64,000 nt of DNA. It comes from Bryobacterales bacterium. Its GTDB lineage: Bacteria > Acidobacteriota > Terriglobia > Bryobacterales > UBA6623. Shown here piece after piece: positions 9,510-20,190 of the stretch. The position numbers and the translations under genes are program-made. The DNA lies in contig CBDCYS010000019.1 in the NCBI GenBank assembly GCA_965224215.1, positions 23,327 through 87,326 of the forward strand, in the 5' to 3' direction. Positions within the stretch are counted from its first letter, which is position 1, and every line of letters starts with the position of its first letter. The notes under the pieces are model-generated. The model was given only the letters and a program-made list of their open reading frames with translations, made no database searches and had not been told where the DNA came from.

Positions 9510-10828
9510 CACTACTGTCCGGTTAAAAGTCGAATAGAATCAGCTGGTTAGGGTCATCGAGTAAGTTTTCGTGGGAGTCGGACGGCTGCAAGGCCTGTAA
9601 AATGGGCGTTTTCTCGAAAAGGGTAACGCTGAGAATCTGTAGAATTTGGTAGCGACTCGCCTCCAGGCCCAACCTCTTGCGCGCGATCGCGACCAGTACG
9701 TAAACCGAGACCGCGATCCAGATTTGCGTCTTCACGGCGTTCTCGCTGGTACCGTAAAACTGCTTGATCCGCAGGTGCTGCTTGATCCACTTGAAGAACA
9801 ACTCGATCTGCCAACGCGACTTGTAGATGCGGGCGATGGTCAGCGCCGGGAGCGCGAAGTTGTTGGTCAGGAACTTCAGCCGCTTGTTCGTCGCGGCGTC
9901 AAAGTAGCTGATCCGCCGCAACGGGTCCGGATACGCCAGGGCCGACTCGATGGCAGTCAGTAGGACGGTCTGATCCGAGCGCACCCCCGTGGACTTGTCG
10001 ACGGGATGCGAGTAGCGCCGTTGGCGCAAGATGTTCTTCTTGGTTCGCACGACGAAGAACGACGAGCAGAGGGTGAACACGAAGAGACGTTCGAAATCGA
10101 CGTAGGCCCGATCCATGACGTAGAAGGCGCCGGGCTCGGGGAGGAACTCGTCGAGGATGTTGACGTCGTGCGTTTTGCCAGCGGTAATGCGGATAAACGT
10201 GGGGATGTTACCCCGCAGGTCCAACAGCGTGTGCATCTTCAGGGCGGCCTTGTGCCGGCGGAACTTGGCCCAGGGGAACAGCGAGAGGCACAGATCGATG
10301 GTGGTCGAGTCCAGAGCGTAGAGACTTTGATCGAGATCCACGCCGATCGGATCGCGGGCGTACAAAGGCCGCGCGATGCGAATCAAGACCTGGGCGAAAT
10401 CGGCATAGATCCGCCAGTCGCGCGACTCGTTGGCGTCGGCCAGTGTGGAGCGCGCCACCTGGGAGCGGAATCCCCTGTGGTAGAGCTTGGCGCCGAGCGA
10501 ACGCAGGCACGCTTCGATGTCGCGCAGGCTTTCGCGGTAGGTCAGCTGGGCGAACGCCATGCAGAGGAACTGATCCCTGCAGGAAAAGCCGCGCCATCTG
10601 CGATCCCCGTCGTAGCGGCTTACGCAGCGGCGGAATTCGCGATCCGGAAGGAAGCTGATCAACTGGGAGAATACGGTGCGGCCGAGGTTCATGAACCATT
10701 GTCGGCCCCCTCCGAAGTCGTTCCAGCCGTCCTTCGCCGTTCAAATCGCGGCAAGGGGAAAACAGCCCTAAGCTATGCTGGAACACTCAGTTGCCGCTCG
10801 CCAGTGAGTCGTTAACCGGACAGTAGTG
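9510..10828 (-). mobile_element. IS4-family element
   Basis: Perfect IR CACTACTGTCCGGTTAA; 9-bp TSD GCTGCCACC at 9501-9509 and 10829-10837. Confidence 0.95.
9523..10692 (-). CDS. IS4-family transposase (DUF4372 N-terminal type)
   Basis: ALDSTTIDL, VMDRAY and YKSRWQIELFFKWIKQHL (YREK) motifs. Confidence 0.95.
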   Translation of the reverse strand: MNLGRTVFSQLISFLPDREFRRCVSRYDGDRRWRGFSCRDQFLCMAFAQLTYRESLRDIEACLRSLGAKLYHRGFRSQVARSTLADANESRDWRIYADFAQVLIRIARPLYARDPIGVDLDQSLYALDSTTIDLCLSLFPWAKFRRHKAALKMHTLLDLRGNIPTFIRITAGKTHDVNILDEFLPEPGAFYVMDRAYVDFERLFVFTLCSSFFVVRTKKNILRQRRYSHPVDKSTGVRSDQTVLLTAIESALAYPDPLRRISYFDAATNKRLKFLTNNFALPALTIARIYKSRWQIELFFKWIKQHLRIKQFYGTSENAVKTQIWIAVSVYVLVAIARKRLGLEASRYQILQILSVTLFEKTPILQALQPSDSHENLLDDPNQLILFDF

Positions 10829-11460
10829 GCTGCCACCAAAGGGCAAGAATCTCACCCGGACGCATCCCAGCAAGGACTGAAAGCATGGTAATGACCTGCT
10901 CACGGGTGTCAAGTACAGACAAGCATAGTGCCACCTCCTTCCAATTCATGCGCCTTCTCGGGAGCGAGCCCGCTTCCTGCGGGGTAAATAGCAAGGCAGC
11001 AGGTGTCGTGGATAAGTAGCCATCGGCCATTGCCATCTCGAAGATCTGCTTCAGATCCCAACGCAGGTGATCGACTGTGCTGAACGACAGACCCGAAGCA
11101 GCTTTTCGTTCGAGCAGGTCCTGTAGTTCGTCACGTGTGAAACTGTTGAGTGTCCGCTCCCTGAACTCCGCAATCAAGTGAAGCTTGATGCGGTGCTCAG
11201 TTGTCACTGCTGTGGAACCCTTCCACTTGCGCTTGTAGAACGGCAAATGGATCTGCTGAACGAAGTCGCCAAACGACCAACGTGTCGAGGGAGTCTGGCA
11301 AGCATTCACTGGAGCTAAGATAGCCTCCAGTTCCAGACGGGCTTGGCTCTTCGTCATCTTCGATGCCAAACCTAGGGTGCGCTTTCGATGATGCCCATCT
11401 TGCCACCACTGGGCGATCCAGCGCGCGTTCACTTTTCTCAAGCAACCTCTTTGGTACCGC

Positions 11461-11724
11461 TTACGCATGGTAATCTCCTTCCCAGCGTCCTGCGGCATCC
11501 ACTTCTGACGATGTGAGTAGAATATCATTTCGAGCACTGGTTTCGTTGTCTCTCTTCCACTTCTCCAAACTGCTTCGGCGAACCAACCGTCGCCGACCAG
11601 CCCGGATCGCCGGTAGCGGTGACACCCCGTGTACAGTTCCCCGGATCAGCCTGTACACATGCGCTTTGGAACAGCAGAGATCCGCTGCAACATCCTTGAT
11701 TCTGAGAATCTCATCGCTATCCAT
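11461..11724 (-). CDS. Excisionase-like HTH protein
   Basis: LRIKDVAADLCCSKAHVYRLI...LPAIRAGRRRLVRRSSL; its stop overlaps the integrase start. Confidence 0.85.
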   Translation of the reverse strand: MDSDEILRIKDVAADLCCSKAHVYRLIRGTVHGVSPLPAIRAGRRRLVRRSSLEKWKRDNETSARNDILLTSSEVDAAGRWEGDYHA

Positions 11725-11853
11725 GGAGTCACCTCAAGTTCAAACCCCATTGATCCTCAGTTGGTCTTCTACTGCTCATCGTTTGATCAAACCTCTGTAG
11801 ACCGGACACCAGAAGGACGACTTTTACTAACTTGCCTTACCCTCGACTACGAG

Positions 11854-12356
11854 TTAGAAATTATTTCTAGGCCGATGAATACACTTTCGAGTCGCATGCC
11901 CTGTTGACGATCCGGTTTGAATTGCGGATGAAGGTTCTTCCGGTATTGCGATCAGTCCCTTGGCAAATTCTTCCAAGCTAACGGTGCAATTCTCCATCGA
12001 CGCACTGAACGAACCACGGTGGAACGTATGCCTATCGACTACGCCTCCCGCCGCAAGAACCGTTTTGCATTTCTCCCGTAACCAGTCGGGGTCTGAACTC
12101 GCGACCACTATCCATGGCCCAGTCCAATCCTCCGACCCGAAAAACACGACCGGTAATCCCTGAGCCTGCCGCATGTGGAAGAACACAGAGAAATCAAGAA
12201 TGGATTCAGGTTTGGCAATACGAGATATCCGTTCTTGGTCGCGTCGGTCAAAGCATCCGACTCAGGGGTGTTGAAGAAATTATCAATAAGAGTCTCCAAG
12301 TCACTTACGCTTTTATTCATCAGGTCCTCGGCTCCTTCGCGGTTGTTCATGGCCAT
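11854..12356 (-). CDS. Hypothetical protein, probably one frameshifted gene
   Basis: Two overlapping same-strand ORFs (12108-12356 and 11854-12186); GGAG upstream of 12356. Confidence 0.4.
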
Positions 12357-12597
12357 CTCCGTGGTTTTGGGTAGTAATAATCCAGGACTGATATTTCGAA
12401 ATCAATGTGCGTCTTGCATCGGCATTTTATTTGGCATTTTTTCCTCATTTAATCGTCTCCAGGGTGTCCATACGACACACACGATTACTCGTATCTTCGG
12501 ATCGACGCGTGACAACCCGCCCATCGTGTGCGCCTGCCCGGAGACAAGGGAAACCTTGAAACTTGATACTTAAGTCTGTTATTTTCAATTACTTTAT

Positions 12598-13127
12598 CCT
12601 GAATTATGCACAGATTCACTTTGCGAGTGTGGCTGCGTTCGTAGCGGGTTGGCGGTCGTCGTGAGGTGGTAGCTCGGCAACTGGCCTTTTGGCTTCTCCG
12701 TGTCCGGTTTCCCTTCCCGCCCAGAATCCGCGTCGTCAAAACCTCGCTCGGAAGTGACGTCTTTCCAGTGCGTTACGGCTAGTGCATAAAATTTTATGCA
12801 TAGCGCATAGCCAGGCTCTCAGATCAGCGCCCTCCCGACCACCGGCAGCAAGCCGCCGTAGGGAGTCGGCTTCCTGCCGCGGAAGTGGTAAGGCGTCGAA
12901 GCCCCGATTTTATTGGGCCGCGAGGCCGTCACGGCTGGGCCTTGTTGGACGGGCCTTTGGGAGCTATGCTGTTTTCGTCTGGTAACCATGTGGGTGACCT
13001 CCTTGGGGTTGGCTGGCGAAGCTGGGATCTTTGCCAGCCTACCTTTTTACCCCATGTTTTCGGGGGTCCCAAATGGTCTCTTGCGGCTCAGCCCTCCTCA
13101 GGTCCACGCCGCAGTGCATAATTCAGG
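12598..13127 (-). mobile_element. 530-bp MITE derived from an IS1380-type element, copy 1
   Basis: IR CCTGAATTATGCAC; 5-bp TSD TTTAT. Confidence 0.93.
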
Positions 13128-13356
13128 TTTATCCTTTTCAGTCCGCTGGAACGTCGGTGAAACGTGGAACCTCTGGCAGGTTTCAAGGTTCCAGTGACGT
13201 TTCACCCCGTTGGAACTAGCTAAGTAATTGATCATCAGTGACATAGGTGTCCAAGTTTCTCACAACTCTACCCCCAGACCTTGCGAAAGACGCCTGCCTT
13301 CCGATAACTCCCGTCGTCGTCTTGCTTAAGAAGCCTCAGTGACTTGGCTCGGTTGA

Positions 13357-14271
13357 TCAGCCGGTAAAGACTTGCCCCGGGACTAATTTGTCGGCAACGG
13401 CTTCAAAGCGAAAACGGTCCGGGAGCACACCCCACTGCTCACGCTGTCGCGGGGTCAACGCCCGCGCTAGATTCAGCTCGCCAGGTTTTACTCGCCGAAA
13501 GCCCGCCAACGCCTTGGGTTCTCCAACGGGTTTGATCAGGAGTGGATCGAAGTCTTCATTGCGCCGCACGCCGTTGATGATGCGAATATCTTCGTCGTAG
13601 AAGTCCATGCCGATTCGAACATCGGAGCGATTCATGATGTCCATGGACCCGGCGACCTCGTCGAGCCAGTCTCGCGGCTCCTGCAATAGATTCGCCCTCC
13701 GAGTTCTGCGATCCCGTTTGCGCAGATTGAAAGTTAAGAGAAAGGCTGCGCAGGGGTAATCTACGGATAGGGCCCGGAAGCGCTTGTACAGGCGCAGCAC
13801 GTCTCTACCCTTCAACTTGTCGAAGTCGAAAAACAGCTCGACCGGATCGATGATGACCAGCGAGTCCGGCGCCTTCTTGAGTCGGGACTCAAGCAACTTG
13901 ATCCGATCACTGTCGTCAATGTCAAAGGCGGACAGACGCCGCCGCTTCGACTGGGTTCGGTCGTGCGCAAGGTAGACGTCCAAATCGTCCGGCACACGTG
14001 GCAGCCGCACTCCGAGCTTCTGGGAGATCCGTTGGATGTTGCCGCGCCAAACATCGCCGTCGTTTTCGAGGTCAAAGATGATGACGCGCCGCCGACTCGT
14101 TTCGCGGCTGCAGAAACGCTTACCCTTCGCCACACACACAGCTAGATGGTCCAGGAACGGCGACTTGCCGACACCGTACGTGCCTCCGAACGCCGCAATC
14201 TGCCCTTCGCGAAGAATACCCTCGACGACTTCGGGCGGGCGCTTGTTCGGTCCCTCAAAAAAACTTTTCAT
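13357..14271 (-). CDS. AAA_25/RepA-like ATPase-helicase
   Basis: Walker A GGTYGVGKS and Walker B LVIIDP; GGAGGAG RBS before the ATG at 14271. A probable frameshift near 13378 removes the C-terminal SLYRLINRAKSL helix. Confidence 0.8.
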   Translation of the reverse strand: MKSFFEGPNKRPPEVVEGILREGQIAAFGGTYGVGKSPFLDHLAVCVAKGKRFCSRETSRRRVIIFDLENDGDVWRGNIQRISQKLGVRLPRVPDDLDVYLAHDRTQSKRRRLSAFDIDDSDRIKLLESRLKKAPDSLVIIDPVELFFDFDKLKGRDVLRLYKRFRALSVDYPCAAFLLTFNLRKRDRRTRRANLLQEPRDWLDEVAGSMDIMNRSDVRIGMDFYDEDIRIINGVRRNEDFDPLLIKPVGEPKALAGFRRVKPGELNLARALTPRQREQWGVLPDRFRFEAVADKLVPGQVFTG

Positions 14272-14453
14272 GACTCCTCCGCCGGATCTCTTTCGCTCGA
14301 ATCGAGACGTCCGGGAGCTTCTGAATCCGAGTCTACAGGCGCACCGAATTCTGCCCAAACTCTGCTGAAAAGAATCTTCAAGTCCTTCAGCGGAAGGAGG
14401 TTAGGAACGTCCGGCAGGAATTGCAGCTATTGGCAGGAGTTCAGAAAGGACAC

Positions 14454-15401
14454 CTAACGGGGACTATTGGCCCTCTTTCGGGCCTCTTCTTGGCGGGAAC
14501 GGATTAGGGTCTTGACCGGTTCTTTGCCCCCGTGTTTCAAAGCTTCGCTCCAGGTCTTGGCACTATGGCTGCTGTCTTTCCACGAACCAGGGAGTTTTTC
14601 TACGCGCTGCCACCCCGTCGGGGTGGGAATCTTTTTCTCGTCGAGCTGTCGGCAGACCGTCTTGAGGTTTCTCTCGTCGGCCCATTCGTCACTTTGCCCA
14701 TATTGCCGCAACACCGAAAAAACATCTAGATAATGGCTGTCGGCAATGGGCTTAGGCCCCGTTTTCCCAGATCGGGGTCTTTCGGAAACCTGGTCATGCT
14801 TCTCGTCCGTTGAAGTGAATCGTTGGTCCTGAGGCAAGTCCTCGTCTTTGGACAAGCCCTTGCCAGTCAAGGTGTACAAGTTGGGCAACCACTCATCGTC
14901 GGAGTCCACATACTTCCGATCCATATCACCTTGCCGCACGAGGTACGAGACCAGTACCTCGAACTTGCCCGGGAGTGGCGTGTCTACTAGCAGTCTATCT
15001 ACTTCAGGGTCGATCTCTGCAATTCCAGTGCAGCTTTCCTCCCGACGGGCCAGCAAAGCGAGGAAACGTTTCCACCTGCATTTAAACGGCCTGCTTCGAC
15101 GTTCCTCGGCTAGCGTTCTCCAGTTTTCTTCGCTGATTCGCGCCTTCCCTTTACGCTCATGTTTCTGGCGGACGTGGCACCGCAGATACGGTATTAGTCC
15201 GCGATCGGGAACGGACAGATTCACGAACTTCCTAGCTAAGGAATCCTCGATCTCAAACGCCCCGCACCGCTCTGAGCACATGACATCTAGGTAGCCGCTA
15301 TCGAGGGTTTTGGATGCGATTCCTGACGATCGGAAACAAAGCGGACACCTTAGCCTATCCGTCTGGTTCCACCGTACTCGCTTAAACTTTCTACTCGCCA
15401 T
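14454..15401 (-). CDS. Hypothetical protein with an N-terminal Cys-rich region (CPLC...CSERC) and possible winged helix
   Basis: 315-aa ORF on the same strand as the helicase, xis and int. Confidence 0.65.
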   Translation of the reverse strand: MASRKFKRVRWNQTDRLRCPLCFRSSGIASKTLDSGYLDVMCSERCGAFEIEDSLARKFVNLSVPDRGLIPYLRCHVRQKHERKGKARISEENWRTLAEERRSRPFKCRWKRFLALLARREESCTGIAEIDPEVDRLLVDTPLPGKFEVLVSYLVRQGDMDRKYVDSDDEWLPNLYTLTGKGLSKDEDLPQDQRFTSTDEKHDQVSERPRSGKTGPKPIADSHYLDVFSVLRQYGQSDEWADERNLKTVCRQLDEKKIPTPTGWQRVEKLPGSWKDSSHSAKTWSEALKHGGKEPVKTLIRSRQEEARKRANSPR

Positions 15402-15502
15402 CGCTCCCTGCCGCGATCCCTGATGTGGAATTGGCCGCCGACGGGTCAGGGAAACCCGCGTTCACCTCGCGCTGGCTAGGCGGCCAATTCCATTCTATTC
15501 AA

Positions 15503-16032
15503 CCTGAATTATGCACTGCGGCGTGGACCTGAGGAGGGCTGAGCCGCAAGGGACCATTGGGGACCCCCTAAAACATGGGGTAAAAAGGTCGGCTGGCAAA
15601 GATTCCAGCTTCGCCAGCCAACCCCAAGGAAGTCACCCACATGGTTACCAGACGAAAACAGCATAGCTCCCAAAGGCCCCTCCAACAAGGCCCAGCCGTG
15701 ACGGCCTCGCGGCCCAATAAAATCGGGGCTTCGACGCCTTACCACTTCCGCGGCAGGAAGCCGACTCCCTACGGCGGCTTGCTGCCGGTGGTCGGGAGGG
15801 CGCTGATCTGAGAGCCTGGCTATGCGCTATGCATAAAATTTTATGCACTAGCCGTAACGCACTGGAAACACGTCACGTCCGAGCGAGGTTTTGACGACGC
15901 GGATTCTGGGCGAGAAGGGAAACCGGGGACGGAGAAGCCAAAAGACCAGTTGCCGAGCTACCACCTCACGACGACCGCCAACCCGCTACGAACGCAGCCA
16001 CACTCGCAAAGTGAATCTGTGCATAATTCAGG
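15503..16032 (+). mobile_element. 530-bp MITE, copy 2
   Basis: Same IRs as copy 1; TSD TTCAA. Confidence 0.93.
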
Positions 16033-16099
16033 TTCAATCGACCAGACGGGATCGGGGAAGGATACAGACCCAAAGGGCGGGCCGGGCCTCTAAACAACT

Positions 16100-16441
16100 C
16101 CTGCTTATACGGTTGTTTCAGCAAGCCCCAAGATGTTGGGGTGGAGGTCATCGCGTCTTGTCCAGGTCACGCGCGCGGCGGATGTGGGCGTAAGGCGTAG
16201 GAGCGTGTTGAGTTCCGAGACCGAGGAGGGTTTGGAAGGCTGCCATTGGGGTCTTGCGGCGGTTGTGTCGAAACACGAACTCATCGAGGTAAACCTGAAG
16301 CTGAGCGCGGCTCACGCCGTGGTACGTTCCGGTCAGCCATTGCTGCAGGTTGCCAATGGCACGATCCGCCAGCGGCACCACCGACTTGGCGCCTTTCCGC
16401 AAGTCAGTCCGGTGAGGTTGCGGACGAGAGACGTGTTTGTA
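16100..16441 (-). mobile_element. 3'-end fragment of the IS1595 at 825-1873
   Basis: Matches 825-1166; abruptly truncated. Confidence 0.92.
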
Positions 16442-16495
16442 AAAGTCGAGTATCTAGCTCGCGAGCCCAGTTGACGGACCCGTGGATCTTTATCA

Positions 16496-18295
16496 CCTGA
16501 ATTATGCACTGCCGGTGCACCTGGTGAGGGCTGAGCCGCCAGGAACCATTTGGGGACCCCCGAAAACATGGGGTAAAAAGGTAGGCTGGCAAAGATTTCA
16601 GCTTCGCCAGTCAACCCCAAGGAGGTCACCCAAATGGTTACCAAACGAAAACAGCATAGCTCCCGAAGGCCCGTCAAACAAGGCCCCGGCGCGAGGGCCC
16701 CGCGGCCCAATAAAATCGGGGCTGCCACGCCCTATCACTTCCGTGGCAAGAATCTGACTCCCTACGGCGGCTTGCTGCCCGTCGCCACCCTGCTCGAAAA
16801 ACTCGGCTTCCAAGCGCTGCTGGAAGAAACCCTCACGACCAAACGGATCACCCGAGCCATGAGCCCCTACCAGTTCGTGCTGGCCCTCGTGCTCGGCCTC
16901 TATGTCGGCTTTGCGCGGCTCAACCAACTCCGCTTCATCGCTCGCGACACCATCCTGACCGGCATCTTGCAAGTGACGCGTCTGCCGCCGCAGTCCACGC
17001 TGTGGCGCTTTCTGGCCTCGCTGCACCTCAACGTGGCGAAGCAGATCCTTTCCATTCAGCGCTAGCTGCGGGAACGAGTCTGGGCCGCGGCCCACGTGAA
17101 GTTGGAGACGGTGACGCTGGACACCGACACCACCGTGCATACCCTCTACGGCCGCCAGATGGGCGGGCGCAAGAGCTACAACCCCAAGAACAAGGGCAAG
17201 CGCAGCTACCAGCCGATACTGACCTTCCTGGCCGAGACGCGCGAATACCTGATGGGCGGGTTGCGCAACGGCGACCGGCCCACGGGCCGACAGATCGCCG
17301 CCCACCTCGAGAGCGCTTTCCGGACTTTGCCGGGCGGCGTGAAGAAAATCCTGGCGCGGGCCGATTCCGGCTTTTATTGCTGGGAGGCGGTGGAGGCCTA
17401 TGAAAAGGCGGCTTGTCAGTTCGTCATCGTGGCGCGCAAAACGCGGCGCCTGGTCGAGCGCTTGCAGCAAGCAGAATGGAAACCCTCCCCCCGCTCCGAC
17501 GCGGACGCGGAATGCGAATTCCTCTACCAACCGCAAGGCTGGGCGCGGGCCTGCCGTTTCCTGGCACTGCGTTACGAAAACGAGCCCAAGGCCGGCGCGG
17601 CCGAGCAATACCAGTTGTTCGCCACCAGCGCTTACACCTACCGCGTGTTTGTCACCAATCTGGCCGAGCCGATCGCGGCGGTGGTGTGGTTTTACAATCA
17701 GCGCGCCGGAGCCGAGAACCTGATCAAGGAGGCCAACAACGACGCCGGGCTGGCGGCCCATCCCTCGCGCCGCTTTGACATGAACCGCAATCACTTTCAG
17801 TTGGCCATGCTGGCCTACAATCTCAACTGCTGGCTGCTGCTGTTCAACCGCGAAGCCCAGGCCAGCGTGGAGACGCTGCGGCACACCACCCTGGCGACGG
17901 CGCGGCTGCGTTTTCTGTTCGTGGCGGCCAAGATCTGGCGGCACGCCGGCAGAACGGGTGTCAGCTACAGCGATCATTATCAGGAAAAGGGCCTGTTTGA
18001 ACGGCTGATGCGACGGCTGCGGGCGATGGGGCCGCCGGGATCGAGCTTGGCGCCGGTGGTGGAGGGTGCGCTGAGCTGAGGGGCACTCCATGCATAAAAT
18101 TTCATGCACTCGCCGCAACGTACTGGGAACACGCCGCTTGCCAGCCCGCTTTTGCCCTGCCGGGATCAGGAGGCGGCTCAAACGGGGAGGGAAACAGCAG
18201 AAAAGACGACTTGCGAAATCACTGAGTTGACACGAGTGCCGCTATCGCCACAACTCCATCGACGATGGCTACGCCGAATCTGTGCATAATTCAGG
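16496..18295 (+). mobile_element. IS1380-family element (type 2), copy 1
   Basis: IR CCTGAATTATGCAC; TSD TATCA; 1800 bp. Confidence 0.95.
16634..18079 (+). pseudogene. IS1380 transposase with a nonsense codon (CAG>TAG at 17063)
   Basis: The other two copies read CAGCGCCAGCTG at this position. Confidence 0.92.
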
Positions 18296-18864
18296 TATCA
18301 CTCTCCACTCATCACCCACGATGTAATCGCGCATAGTGCGAATTCGCTTGCCAACTGTGGCCAGTGCTGTTTCTAGCATCGTGTCGTAGTTGAAAGTGAC
18401 CAGGCACGTTTGCTCATCTTTGCACCTGCTTTATCTGGTCTAGCAGGGTCGAATAATTCGTTACCCCTCTTGTCACTTCATTCCAACTCTCGACACATTC
18501 CCAGAGCATCAAGTGAAGGTAGAACCGTATAGCCGCTAAAAGCCGCTAACTGGCGGTGTCGATCAGGATTGTTGTCGGACTCCTGTTGAAGCTCTTCGAG
18601 CACTTGTTCCACTGACAACGTGTACCGGTTCAGCCGAAACGGGAGAGCGAGCGCTCCGCGGTGGTGAAGATGCCGCCCTGCGGGCGGGGATTTTCAAGGC
18701 ATCAGGGTCTTTCGATCCGATGGGGTTGAGCGTGGGCGCAAGAAACTCGTTCCCGCGCCCGTGATCATCGTCTCGATGAGCCCGCCGGGCTATCCCTCGG
18801 TAGGGTTGCTTCCCAGCAGAGCCCGCTTCCGTTTCACCCGGCAACGCCATTGTAACTCCAAAAC

Positions 18865-19797
18865 TCAAGCCGCCTGCCGACGGCGTAGCTGACGCTGCTG
18901 CCGCGCCTGCTCCAGCTTGCGGTCTCGCGCGGCGTGAATCTCCTCCCGCTGTCCCGCCAGCATGTCCGCCGGCGTCACGAATCCGATCGCGCTGTGCAAC
19001 CGCACCGTGTTGTAATGCTCGACATAGCGCTCGATCAGCCGCCGCGCATCCTCGGGCGTCAGCGGCACGCCCGGCCGGATACATTCGCTCTTCAACGACT
19101 TGTGCCAACGCTCCAACTTGCCGTTCGACTGCGGATAGTAGGGCGAGGTTCTCACGTGTGTCATCCCCGAAATACGGATGAATTCCTTGAAGTCCTTGGC
19201 GATAAACTGCGGCCCGTTGTCGGAGATAATGCGCGGTTTGGCGTCCGGGTATTTCTCCTTGGCGGCCTCGAGAATAATCTCGACATCGGCTTCCCTCATG
19301 GCCTCGCGCAAGTCCCAATGCACAATCGAACGGCTGTAGCCGTCGAGCACGCTGCAGAGGTAGTAGAACGTACCCGAGATGTTGATGTAGGAAACATCGA
19401 TATGCCAATGCTGATGCGGTTCCAGAGGCTGTTGGAAGCCCGTTCCTTTCAGCGACGTTTTGCCGTTCCACTTGCGCAGCAAGCCCGCCCGGCTCAACAC
19501 CCGCCAGACGCTCGACGGGCTGACGGCCGCGATGTCGGCGTCGAGCATCATGAACGTCAACCGCCGGTAGCCCTGCAGCGGATGCTCGCGATAAAAGTCG
19601 AGAATGGCCTGCTTTTCCCACTCTTGGAGCCAGAAATCCCGGAGAACCCAACCGTTGTGCTCGTTGACGCAGCCGTAGCGTCGGCGCCAGGAATAGAACT
19701 TGCTGGGCGCGATGCCGAGCCACTTGATGAAACGCCCGGCATGGATCCCGGTCTTCTCGGACCAGCACCGCACGAAATCGACGATCTGGTCGCGCAC
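18865..19797 (-). CDS. IS3 OrfB, DDE integrase-core transposase
   Basis: WHIDVSY, ISDNGPQF and PQSNGKLERWHKSLKSE motifs. Confidence 0.93.
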   Translation of the reverse strand: MRDQIVDFVRCWSEKTGIHAGRFIKWLGIAPSKFYSWRRRYGCVNEHNGWVLRDFWLQEWEKQAILDFYREHPLQGYRRLTFMMLDADIAAVSPSSVWRVLSRAGLLRKWNGKTSLKGTGFQQPLEPHQHWHIDVSYINISGTFYYLCSVLDGYSRSIVHWDLREAMREADVEIILEAAKEKYPDAKPRIISDNGPQFIAKDFKEFIRISGMTHVRTSPYYPQSNGKLERWHKSLKSECIRPGVPLTPEDARRLIERYVEHYNTVRLHSAIGFVTPADMLAGQREEIHAARDRKLEQARQQRQLRRRQAA

Positions 19798-20129
19798 GTC
19801 GGGTGATGTCCAGGTTTTGGTTGGAGTTCCCCAAGGCTTTTTTTTAACGCGATGTGCTCGGCCATCAACTCGGCCAGAACTTCATCCTTGGTCTGGATCT
19901 TCTTCTGCAGCCGCTCGATCCGTTCCTGTTCGGGCTGGCGATGGCTGCGGTTCTTAGTCTGGAAGGCAGCGGCTCCATTCTCAAAGAATTCTTTCTGCCA
20001 GCGGTAGAACACCGTCGGCTGCAGCGCCAGCTCGTCGCAGAGCTTCGAGACCGGCTCCTTGTCCACGAGATGCCGCCTCAGGATGGCGACCTTCTCTTCG
20101 GCTGTGTATTGCTTTCGTGCTTTTTTCAT
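19557..20129 (-). CDS. IS3 OrfA (HTH), with a -1 frameshift window (A8 at 19838-19845)
   Basis: RKQYTAEEKVAIL...FYRWQKEF...LKKSLGEL. Confidence 0.9.
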   Translation of the reverse strand: MKKARKQYTAEEKVAILRRHLVDKEPVSKLCDELALQPTVFYRWQKEFFENGAAAFQTKNRSHRQPEQERIERLQKKIQTKDEVLAELMAEHIALKKSLGELQPKPGHHPTCATRSSISCGAGPRRPGSMPGVSSSGSASRPASSIPGADATAASTSTTVGFSGISGSKSGKSRPFSTFIASIRCRATGG

Positions 20130-20190
20130 GCGTTCCCTCCGTTAGCTTAACGGCGGAACGCTGTTCTCCATTTCCAGCTGAGGCGGGACA

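Larger units (their letters stand above)
9031..11468 (-). pseudogene. Phage-type tyrosine integrase split by IS4
   Basis: N part MRKRYQRG...AGMRPGEILAL (catalytic Arg); C part ...FQVMRRTHAT...QLGHTLDVNLNVYT (H-x-x-R-like, His, Tyr). The gene converges on the tRNA. Confidence 0.9.
16442..18620 (-). pseudogene. SIR2-like (SIR2_2) gene remnant interrupted by IS1380
   Basis: CLVTFNYDTMLE at 18383-18400. Removing the IS and one TSD joins ...EWRVI to KIHGSVNW (16490-16467) in frame. There are further shifts upstream. Confidence 0.7.
18621..20190 (-). mobile_element. IS3-family element, no TSD
   Basis: TG...CA ends with related IRs (TGTACCGGTTCAGCCG / TGTCCCGCCTCAGCTG). The flanks differ, suggesting an adjacent deletion or rearrangement. 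Confidence 0.9.

Noticed and set aside
16598-18181. 527-aa antisense ORF (also 30914-32488 and 47322-48905)
   Set aside because: Shadow frames of the GC-rich IS1380 transposase; they recur only because the IS is repeated.
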